A stretch of DNA of 49,099 bases. It comes from a virus. Taxonomy: Duplodnaviria > Caudoviricetes. The translations under genes and the position numbers were made by a program. The stretch lies in IMG/VR virus record IMGVR_UViG_3300012665_000623, positions 1 to 49,099 of that record; one strand, given 5' to 3'. The notes beneath the pieces were generated by a model that was not told the origin of the DNA, ran no database searches, and was given only the letters and a program-made list of their open reading frames with translations. Below are positions 1 through 7,406 of the stretch, in pieces. Within the stretch, counting starts at the first letter, position 1. Every line of letters begins with the position of its first letter.

Positions 1-478
1 CTGGAGCACTTGGTTGCGCTACAACATCTACAGTAATGATTTCGAAGTCCGATACCTCACCACTGCTTTCGTTTACATTGCCACTACCACGACTAGAAAC
101 ACCTAGCTTAACGCCAGCCTCTAGCATAGTGCGGACTAAATTTCCCATAGGTGTTGGCAAGATTTTAAACTTGCCATACCCATTTGCACCGTCCATCCAC
201 ATTTCAGTAATCATGTGGGACACACGGTCCAAGTTCACTTTTAAATCATCAGGATGATCTACTTCACCTAATACGCTATATCCGTTAGTAATTTGATCAT
301 TTAAAGTTTTGACAGCAGTGCCAATCTCAGACACAGGATACACACGCTGGTTAGCGTTGCGTATGCCGCCTTGAATACAAATACCTTTCATATAAAGGTT
401 TTTGCCATCTTTATCGTCAGATTCGACTATGCACTTAGCCTGATCAAATGACAAATTTTCACGTATTAATGAACGCAT
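1..478 (-). CDS. gp21: Prohead core protease (T4 gp21-like), truncated at window edge
   Basis: Not in the ORF track because it runs off the edge. Manual translation from ATG at 478: MRSLIRENLSFDQ...NLYMKGICIQGGIRNANQRVYP...LGEVDHP...VSHMITEMW...GKFKILPTPMG...LGVSSRGSG...ITVDVVAQPSAP. GExDHP, GVSSRG and DxVxxPS are gp21-family motifs; lies downstream of the portal. Confidence 0.95.
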   Translation of the reverse strand, partial: MRSLIRENLSFDQAKCIVESDDKDGKNLYMKGICIQGGIRNANQRVYPVSEIGTAVKTLNDQITNGYSVLGEVDHPDDLKVNLDRVSHMITEMWMDGANGYGKFKILPTPMGNLVRTMLEAGVKLGVSSRGSGNVNESSGEVSDFEIITVDVVAQPSAP

Positions 479-491
479 CTATTTTTCCCGA

Positions 492-1280
492 TTACTTATT
501 GTGGCTTTTTGCTATTACGCTTTGCTTGTTAGAAGCACTGTCAGTTGTTTTTGGAACTGCGTGTTTCTTAAATGCATCGCCTGCCTTAGCTGAACCATTA
601 GCAGTATTAATATTGCCAGTGTTCATATCTTTTGGCTTAGCTGCCTTACCACCTGTTTCTTCACCACCTTGAGCGATATTTTCTGTTGTACCACCCATGT
701 CTTGGTTACCAGCTACAGGACTTGTTTTGTTAGTAGCAGTGTCAGTTGCTTTAGTAACGTTGACTTTTGACAATTGAGCACTTTCGCCCATCATCAAGTT
801 TTCTTCGTCTTCGCCGTCCATTGCACCAAAATCTGGATCTTCTTCACCATCATTGTGCTCTGGCTCGTTTTCTTCATCAGCTAACAAAGCTTCAAATTCT
901 GCTTTTAGTTCGTCTAGAGCGTGCTCTAAGTCCATGATACGATCAGTTTGTTCATCATCGCTCATTTCTTCTTCGTCGCCCATGTCGTCACCGCCCATGT
1001 CGTCACTTTCTTCGCCGTCAACTTCAACGTCGCTTAGAAAGTCATCAGCATCATCTTCATTGTGCTCTTCTCCGCCAATTTCAATAACGCTTTGATTTTC
1101 ATCTAGTTCGTCATCTTTGTTAGCGTGAGCGTGTTCTTTATCTTCTTTATCTTCTTCGGAAATTAGATTTTCGTAGATATCGCGGCTCTTCTCAACTACG
1201 ATTTCGTGGAAAAGTTCATTGGCTTTTTCATTTTCTTCGTTGATCAGAAGATCTAATAATTGTTCAAATTTATTTTGCAT
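492..1280 (-). CDS. Highly acidic prohead core/scaffold-type protein (positional equivalent of T4 gp67/gp68)
   Basis: 262 aa, very D/E-rich with helical segments; AGGAG RBS at 1289-1293; between portal and prohead protease. Function inferred from synteny and composition. Confidence 0.6.
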   Translation of the reverse strand: MQNKFEQLLDLLINEENEKANELFHEIVVEKSRDIYENLISEEDKEDKEHAHANKDDELDENQSVIEIGGEEHNEDDADDFLSDVEVDGEESDDMGGDDMGDEEEMSDDEQTDRIMDLEHALDELKAEFEALLADEENEPEHNDGEEDPDFGAMDGEDEENLMMGESAQLSKVNVTKATDTATNKTSPVAGNQDMGGTTENIAQGGEETGGKAAKPKDMNTGNINTANGSAKAGDAFKKHAVPKTTDSASNKQSVIAKSHNK

Positions 1281-1319
1281 TGCAAGGTCTCCTTAATGTA
1301 TAGGCAAGGCTGTCGAGTA

Positions 1320-1327
1320 TATTTACA
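1320..1327 (-). promoter_or_regulatory. T4-type late promoter (TGTAAATA)
   Basis: TAAATA core on the minus strand, 40 nt upstream of the 1280 start codon, in intergenic DNA. Confidence 0.6.
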
Positions 1328-1357
1328 GCGTAGATAATTTATATAGCAGAAATATAC

Positions 1358-1396
1358 CAAAAAGACGTCTTTTTGTAAAAGATTCTACAAAAAGAC
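1358..1396 (-). terminator. Probable intrinsic terminator / overlapping inverted repeats
   Basis: 11-bp inverted repeat GTCTTTTTGTA (1367-1377) / TACAAAAAGAC (1386-1396), followed on the minus strand by GUCUUUUUG; lies just after the stop of the 86-aa ORF. Confidence 0.5.
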
Positions 1397-1401
1397 AAAT
1401 A

Positions 1402-1662
1402 TTATTCTGCGGGTTGAACTGGAATTGCGTATTGAGCTTGAATTAATTCAGTTTCATCAGCTATTTCTTCCTGGCGGGCTTCGTAATTTCTACGAATTTG
1501 ATTAATCATTTTTAAATTTAGACGAGGCTTTCTAGTGTCATCTAACTTTAAAACTTTTTTATCCTTTTCAGGCATGTATCTTTTATCGTCAATCAGATCC
1601 TGATCAAAGTCATTTTGACCTTTATCATCTTTATTAAAATACATGAATTCGTTTAGTAGCAT
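1402..1662 (-). CDS. Small head-module protein, possible prohead core component
   Basis: 86-aa ORF directly after the portal with its own TAAATA promoter; family not recognised. Confidence 0.6.
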   Translation of the reverse strand: MLLNEFMYFNKDDKGQNDFDQDLIDDKRYMPEKDKKVLKLDDTRKPRLNLKMINQIRRNYEARQEEIADETELIQAQYAIPVQPAE

Positions 1663-1667
1663 GTCTT

Positions 1668-1675
1668 TATTTATT
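1668..1675 (-). promoter_or_regulatory. Late promoter (AATAAATA) overlapping the portal stop codon
   Basis: Minus strand reads AATAAATA-AAGAC-ATG; 5 nt separate the motif from the ATG at 1662. Confidence 0.65.
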
Positions 1676-3395
1676 GCATTGGCTGTGGAGTTGCGTTGCC
1701 GCCTCCTGGTGCAATTGGTGCTTCAGTTGTTGGTTCAGTGCCTGGTGGTGGAACTTCTCCACCCTCATTATTGGCAAAATCATCCAATTCACTTTGCACT
1801 CCGCCTGGTGTTACGCCAACACTGCGTAGTTCTTGTCCTGGACTTTGTGCAGATCCTGTATTGCCAACAATATTTTCTTGGCGCCACAGCATTTCGTTCT
1901 CTTGCATCTCTTCTTCACTCAATCCTAAGAAGCGTTTTAGAGCAAAACGTTTACTCATGTAAGGGATTTCTGCAACACTTGTAAACACACTGACACGTTG
2001 TCCATCAAGTTCAGTTTGACGATAGCTGGCAAAGTTCATTGGTCTATTGAACTTAACATCAAAGATGTTTGGATCAATATTAATACCACTGTTTTGCAAG
2101 TATGCTTTAAATTCTAAGTCAAAAGTTTCATTGAAAACACTTTGTAAACGTTCACAATAGTTGTTAAAACGTAGCTCTTGTATGTACGCTGTGCCAACAC
2201 GACCATCGCTAAAACTAGCATTTGAGTCGTCTGGACCAGTGGGCAAATAGCTACTAGGTATGCGCAAAGCACGGAATAATTTGTTAGTAAAGAAGCGTAA
2301 ATCTTCAATTTCGCCTAGATTAGAACCACCAGGAAGTACTTCAACTTTACTACCTCTACCCTCTGCTGTCTGTGGGAAAAAGTAATCTTCGTTGATGCTT
2401 AATGGGTTAAAACCGCTGTCCATTACGCTTGAACCACCACCAGTAATACTAGGAATTCTGCGTTGATTTACTTCATTTTTAACTCTTTCTACAAATCCCA
2501 TAGCCAAGTGACTTGGCATATTTCCCACGTCAACATAAAACACACGACGTTCTGGAGCTCTCATTACACGATAGATAATGATAGCATCTTCCAATAATTC
2601 CTTTTGTTTGTAGACCTTAAAGCACATTTCTAAAAGGCTGTTGCCAAATGGGAAATTATTATCTAGCCCTTCTGACAAACTCAAATGTATCATGTGTTCT
2701 GCACTGATAGCATGTTGTTGTTCGCTGTTGCTAAATCTGCTACCAGTCATTTGTGGGTATCCGCCAACCATACCACGTTGGAATCCGCCACCTGTAACAT
2801 AAGCGGCATTACCTGGCGTTGCTCCAGGTGCGTTTGGATTAATTTGTGTAGCTGTAAGTTTTTGTAAGTTAATGTTTACATCACGTATAACATACTGCTC
2901 AGGTTTCTTGCCTTCACTTTCATTAACAATAATCTTGTCAACTTTGCTTGGATCAACATAAACCCACTTTTGAGTTTCTGGATCGCGAATGAAGAAACAG
3001 TCACCATATTTGTACAAGTTACGAATTGTTTTAAAAATTCTAACGTCAAAATCGTTTAGCTTGTACCACTGTTGTAGATATTTTCTAATTAATTTAACTT
3101 CAGTATTAGTTGCTTGTTCTTTAAAATTGATTTGAAAACAAGTTTGATTGGTAGTATTCTTTTGTGTACAAAATTCAGCTAGGATATCTAATGCGGCATT
3201 AACTTCACTGTCACTGTCCATAGACTCATATTGCTGATAACGTTCTAATCTGTTAGGATGTCCTGAATAAACATCTGGTAAGAAACTACTGTAGTTACTG
3301 CGAAAGGCGTTATAGGTGGTTGTACCAGATACGACACTTTTAGTGCCACCACTATTGTTTACCTTAACAGGTGTGAAATATTTTTTCCAACTCAT
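1671..3395 (-). CDS. gp20: Portal vertex protein (T4 gp20 family)
   Basis: Motifs LLEDAIIIYRVMRAPERRVFYVDVGNMP, EDYFFP...GRGSKVEVLPGG.NLGEIEDL..F..KLFRALRIP.S are characteristic of gp20. Confidence 0.97.
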   Translation of the reverse strand: MSWKKYFTPVKVNNSGGTKSVVSGTTTYNAFRSNYSSFLPDVYSGHPNRLERYQQYESMDSDSEVNAALDILAEFCTQKNTTNQTCFQINFKEQATNTEVKLIRKYLQQWYKLNDFDVRIFKTIRNLYKYGDCFFIRDPETQKWVYVDPSKVDKIIVNESEGKKPEQYVIRDVNINLQKLTATQINPNAPGATPGNAAYVTGGGFQRGMVGGYPQMTGSRFSNSEQQHAISAEHMIHLSLSEGLDNNFPFGNSLLEMCFKVYKQKELLEDAIIIYRVMRAPERRVFYVDVGNMPSHLAMGFVERVKNEVNQRRIPSITGGGSSVMDSGFNPLSINEDYFFPQTAEGRGSKVEVLPGGSNLGEIEDLRFFTNKLFRALRIPSSYLPTGPDDSNASFSDGRVGTAYIQELRFNNYCERLQSVFNETFDLEFKAYLQNSGINIDPNIFDVKFNRPMNFASYRQTELDGQRVSVFTSVAEIPYMSKRFALKRFLGLSEEEMQENEMLWRQENIVGNTGSAQSPGQELRSVGVTPGGVQSELDDFANNEGGEVPPPGTEPTTEAPIAPGGGNATPQPMQ

Positions 3396-3406
3396 TTAAT
3401 ATGCCT

Positions 3407-5791
3407 TTAACTTTGATCTATAGATTCAACCATGCTACTAAATCCACGTTTATTAATTTCATTTTGTTCCCTAGATAACTGAACAGTTTCAGTCATCAGT
3501 GATACTAGTGTAGAGAACATATCATTACTACTATTTACCATACTACTAGGGTTGGCTTGACTAACTTTGACAGGAGTTTCTTCATTTTTAATTTGTGCAA
3601 CTGCTGTTCCATCTCCAAGGCCTTTAGTGGTAGAACTTTGTTTTTCATCTTTGGGCATTTGTGTTTTAAATAAATCACGCATTTTATCAGCGGCTTCAGG
3701 TCGTAAAATTTCCATATGCAAGTGCGGCGCAGTCCAATGTTTTCCACGCTCCCCTGCTGGCTGTTTACTCTCGTCATCAATTCTATAATCAACACCTGCT
3801 TTGAGCCCGTACTCTTTCATTACTTCATGCATTGCATCAATAGTAGATTTAGCAGTATCTGTAACGTCTTCATTACCTCTTCTAGCAATACCAAAATCTA
3901 ATGCTAAACCAAGATTGTGTGCAGACCCAGGAGATTTTTTATGATAGTTGTCTTTTCCAGCTGTAATAGCAGATATGGTTGGAACTTTATTAGCTAATAT
4001 TGCACCAGTAGCAACTGTTCCAGCATTTTGTTCACCTCCACCAAACGCATTTGTTTGGGCCTGTATATTATTTCTATTTGATACTAAGTCTGAAGCATTT
4101 AAGAACTGTATAGTACCGTCTGCCATTTTGACCGGCACACCTGTTGTTCTATCTAATCCAGTATTACGTAGTGTCACTCGTTGTCTAGGAGTAGTATCAG
4201 TACCGCTAGTGTTTGATTCCTTATTACGTGTTTCTTCTAAAAATTGTTGCATCTTTCCTATAATATCGCCTTGAACTTTACCTTCAAGGATATCGTTAAA
4301 GTCACTCATTGTATTATCAGGAATAACAATTCCCATGTCACCAAAGAGACCTGTAATCATTTCTTTAGTAATTTTTCCACCGTTAATTGTACTATTAACA
4401 GCTTTCATTCCCGCTAAGGCAAATGTTAAACCAAATCTATTAAATTGCGTGTTCAAATATGCAGTTGCTTGTGCTAGTTTATTTTGTTCCTGTAATAGAC
4501 CACTATAACTATCAATAGTTTTCCCTCCTGGCTTTAACAGTTCTTTCATTCGTTCTTGAATATTTTCAGGAGTTGTACCTTTTAAATTATTAATCAATGT
4601 TAAAAAGTTTGATAACCCTTGCGCCGCTTCCGGACTTCCGCCACTTGCATACGCCGCTATATTAGTGGACATTTGGTCCATCAGTTTAGGATCTACTTTA
4701 TTAGCCGCAGAAATTAATCCAGACTCAATTAATGCTTCAGGAAGTCCTTTGCCTTGTTTCAATAGTCCCATCAAGTTAGTAACTTCTTTTCCAAGGCCAG
4801 CTATGCCTTGTGTTGCTAAGAAAGAAGCCGCTTGTTCATCAACAAATCCAGTTTTAAATGAACGCACAACACTTAATGCAGTTTCAAAACTTCCAGTTAA
4901 TCCTTGTAATGCAGTCACTTGATTTCTTTCAGCGTCTGACAAGTTGGCCATGAATACTCTATTTTCAATTTTTTGTGCTGCCTTGGCCGCTTCATCTTGC
5001 ATCATCTTGCTATTCATACCAATAGCACTGGCAAACAAATTTAACTCTTGAGTTGATTTTAACATGCCAGCATTCATCTTACTAGAATCTTTGCCGTATC
5101 TAGCCAGTACTGCATTATAGCCCCCTTGACTTTCAGCAGTTAATAACATTTGCTCAGTGATTTGGTTCATACCAATTCCTAAACGACCATATTGTCCTAT
5201 TTGATCGCCAGTCAATTCTGCAAACTGGCCTCGCATTTTTGTAAGTGTGTTTGCAACACTACTTGACCCTGCTTTTAAACTTGTCCCGTATTCACTGGTA
5301 AGTTTTATAAGTCCTTGTATGTCTGTACCTAGTGCAATTGATTGTTCTGCAAGATGGCCAAAATCACCAGCCACAACTCCACCAATCTGCATCATTTTGC
5401 CATAAGCATTAAATTGTTCTTGCAATTGGCTAACGCTATTGGCTGCAAATTCCATTGTCTTACTAAACACTCCAGTACCACGACTCATTGCTTGAAAAGC
5501 ATAACTGGCATTATTAATATTAGAGTCCATACCACGTATGACTCTTCCAATGCCTTCAAGTCCATTAAACATCTTTTCCAATGCTTTGGAAGAAGATTTA
5601 GTAGCAATAGTGTTCTTTACTTTTTCTTTGGTATTAACACCAGTAGCAGTCGTATTACCAGCGGTTGCTGGTTTTCCAGTAATTGTTGCGCCTTCTATCG
5701 CTTCTAAAAGTTGATAGAGAGTTTCCTCCGTGGCCATGTTTTTCAACAAGACATCATTGCTTCCTATACTACCCGTTACTGATCCAGCCAT
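3407..5791 (-). CDS. Putative tail tape measure protein with C-terminal peptidase M15-like (LAS Zn) domain
   Basis: 794 aa; about 500 aa of Ala/Gly/Gln-rich helical sequence, then SAHNLGLALDF ... WTAPHLHMEI, matching the H-x6-D and H-x-H Zn ligands of M15-type peptidases; divergent from the gp26-like gene. Confidence 0.7.
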   Translation of the reverse strand: MAGSVTGSIGSNDVLLKNMATEETLYQLLEAIEGATITGKPATAGNTTATGVNTKEKVKNTIATKSSSKALEKMFNGLEGIGRVIRGMDSNINNASYAFQAMSRGTGVFSKTMEFAANSVSQLQEQFNAYGKMMQIGGVVAGDFGHLAEQSIALGTDIQGLIKLTSEYGTSLKAGSSSVANTLTKMRGQFAELTGDQIGQYGRLGIGMNQITEQMLLTAESQGGYNAVLARYGKDSSKMNAGMLKSTQELNLFASAIGMNSKMMQDEAAKAAQKIENRVFMANLSDAERNQVTALQGLTGSFETALSVVRSFKTGFVDEQAASFLATQGIAGLGKEVTNLMGLLKQGKGLPEALIESGLISAANKVDPKLMDQMSTNIAAYASGGSPEAAQGLSNFLTLINNLKGTTPENIQERMKELLKPGGKTIDSYSGLLQEQNKLAQATAYLNTQFNRFGLTFALAGMKAVNSTINGGKITKEMITGLFGDMGIVIPDNTMSDFNDILEGKVQGDIIGKMQQFLEETRNKESNTSGTDTTPRQRVTLRNTGLDRTTGVPVKMADGTIQFLNASDLVSNRNNIQAQTNAFGGGEQNAGTVATGAILANKVPTISAITAGKDNYHKKSPGSAHNLGLALDFGIARRGNEDVTDTAKSTIDAMHEVMKEYGLKAGVDYRIDDESKQPAGERGKHWTAPHLHMEILRPEAADKMRDLFKTQMPKDEKQSSTTKGLGDGTAVAQIKNEETPVKVSQANPSSMVNSSNDMFSTLVSLMTETVQLSREQNEINKRGFSSMVESIDQS

Positions 5792-5816
5792 TTTAAATCT
5801 CCCAGAAAACTGCGCA

Positions 5817-5824
5817 TATAAATA
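5817..5824 (+). promoter_or_regulatory. Late promoter TATAAATA for the gp26-like gene
   Basis: Exact T4 late promoter consensus in the divergent intergenic region. Confidence 0.8.
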
Positions 5825-5836
5825 CAGTCCATACTA

Positions 5837-5844
5837 TATTTATT
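5837..5844 (-). promoter_or_regulatory. Late promoter AATAAATA for the tape measure-portal operon
   Basis: Plus strand TATTTATT = minus strand AATAAATA, 46 nt upstream of the 5791 start. Confidence 0.7.
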
Positions 5845-5857
5845 GGAGTTGTCAACC

Positions 5858-6715
5858 GTGAGTAAAACCAAAAATCCGTTAACGGCCTATATGCGCCGTC
5901 CAAAGATGTTCCTAAAACTACCAAGTCAAGGAAGATACTGGCCTGATGGAGCATTAGAATACAATGAAAACAATGAGTACGAAGTTTTTGCAATGACTGT
6001 GAAAGACGAGTTGATGTTAAAAACTCCTGATGCATTGCTCAACGGATACTCAACAGTTAGCGTGATTCAAAGCTGTGTCCCAGCAATTAAAGATGCATGG
6101 CAAATACCTAGCATTGATTTAGATGCTGTATTGATTGCTATCAGAATAGCCAGTTATGGTGAAAAGGTAGAAATGAATATCAAAATTCCAGGAACCAATG
6201 AAGAAGAACCATTTGAAATTGATATTCGCCCTATGTTGGACAGTATTGTTAATGATGTATATTGGGACGCTAACATCACAGTTAATGAAGATATCAGTGT
6301 AATTGTTCGCCCTATTAATTATAAAGACATGACTAGAGTCAATATAATGAATATGGAAGGTGAACGTATACTTCGTATGATGCTTGAACCAGACATCAGC
6401 GAGGAAGGCAAAGTTGAATTTATGAATAAAGCCGCTGAACAACTAGCAGAAGCAAATGTAGTTCAAGTAGTTAACGGCATCGAACGTATTGACACGCTCA
6501 ATGGTAGCACTGAAGACAAAGAGCATATCAAAGAATTCTTAGCCAACGCAGACCCAACAGTGTTTAAAGCAGTAAGCCAAAGATTCAAAGAGTTAAATGA
6601 AAAGAATTCCTATTCATCTATTACTGTACAAACTCCTCCACAGTATATAGCACAAGGTGCACCAGAAACTATTACAACTAACTTTGAGTTTGACTACTCA
6701 CGTTTTTTCGTATAA
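5858..6715 (+). CDS. gp26: Baseplate hub assembly / tail chaperone protein (T4 gp26-like)
   Basis: LKLPSQG, AMTVKDEL, IDLDAVLIAIRIASYGE and C-terminal FF resemble the gp26 family. Start moved to GTG 5858 because GGAG lies at 5845-5848. Confidence 0.8.
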   Translation: MSKTKNPLTAYMRRPKMFLKLPSQGRYWPDGALEYNENNEYEVFAMTVKDELMLKTPDALLNGYSTVSVIQSCVPAIKDAWQIPSIDLDAVLIAIRIASYGEKVEMNIKIPGTNEEEPFEIDIRPMLDSIVNDVYWDANITVNEDISVIVRPINYKDMTRVNIMNMEGERILRMMLEPDISEEGKVEFMNKAAEQLAEANVVQVVNGIERIDTLNGSTEDKEHIKEFLANADPTVFKAVSQRFKELNEKNSYSSITVQTPPQYIAQGAPETITTNFEFDYSRFFV

Positions 6716-6720
6716 GGCTT

Positions 6721-6939
6721 TTGTCTATGAATCTGGCTGAGATTATCCAATACACAGATAATTTGGATAAGCAAGCAAAAGCCCTTATTAAAAATACACT
6801 CAGACAAGCATGGCACATGCGTGGTTCTTTAAATCTTGATGAGGCATATATGCTTGATGCCGAACAATCAGAAGCTATCGATGAGATTATTAAAGAGAAC
6901 TTTGAATTTACTAAAGAAACTAAAATTCCATTTATCTAA
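6721..6939 (+). CDS. Small gp51-like hub assembly protein; possibly made as a -1 frameshift extension of the upstream gene
   Basis: About 70 aa directly after gp26-like; frame open from 6703; alternative own start ATG 6727 with TAAGG at 6713-6717. Confidence 0.6.
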   Translation: MSMNLAEIIQYTDNLDKQAKALIKNTLRQAWHMRGSLNLDEAYMLDAEQSEAIDEIIKENFEFTKETKIPFI

Positions 6940-6950
6940 GTAGTCTATTG

Positions 6951-6988
6951 AAATGAGCTAAAGCTCATTTGTTCATCACTTACGTGAT
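6951..6988. terminator. Tandem hairpins between convergent transcription units (possible bidirectional terminator)
   Basis: AAATGAGC-TAAA-GCTCATTT (6951-6970) and ATCAC-TTAC-GTGAT (6975-6988), followed by a T-rich tract on the plus strand. Confidence 0.5.
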
Positions 6989-7034
6989 TCACATTTTATT
7001 TCTTATTTGTATTAGAGTAAATTGCGAAGCAGTT

Positions 7035-7405
7035 TTAATATTATCTAGATTAATCAGCCACACTTCGCCCTGGCGGGCGAAATGAAATTGTGAACATTAT
7101 CTGAGTAGCACAACCACTTAGTGTTATGGCGTTGCAGAGGCGGTCATCCGGTACCTCGAGCCATGTCTTCATATGACGGCAGTAAACAAATATACACTAA
7201 CATACTTGCTTACGTAGGGTTTTTCTCCCTTCTTTTAGCCTTTGTCGAATTATTTTCAAATAGCGAAACCAGTTATAGGCATATCTGATCCACGTCCTGT
7301 TAAGGATAGTCGCTAAGTGCTCTGTACAGCGCAGAGTCTTCCGTCCCCGTTATTATCCGGTTGTCGCTAGGCACCCGATTTTAGCCGGTGCGAGCTTTGT
7401 ACTGT
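7035..7405 (-). ncRNA. Candidate large structured RNA, family unassigned
   Basis: No ORF of 60 aa or more; GC-richer than flanks; at least 7 local hairpins plus a long-range 7-bp helix; stem mismatches are A-C on plus but G-U on minus. Ends approximate. Confidence 0.6.
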
Positions 7406-7406
7406 G

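Noticed and set aside
36-1984. Plus-strand ORFs 36-257, 448-672, 853-1095, 1643-1984, 1696-1962
   Set aside because: Antisense shadows of the protease, core and portal genes, with biased composition and no recognisable motifs.
7035-7405. tmRNA, RNase P RNA or tRNA (GGGGACGG and CTGGTTTCG resemble tmRNA pieces)
   Set aside because: No T-arm GTTCRA with acceptor stem/CCA end and no GAGGAAAGUCC; motifs are not in the right order or spacing.
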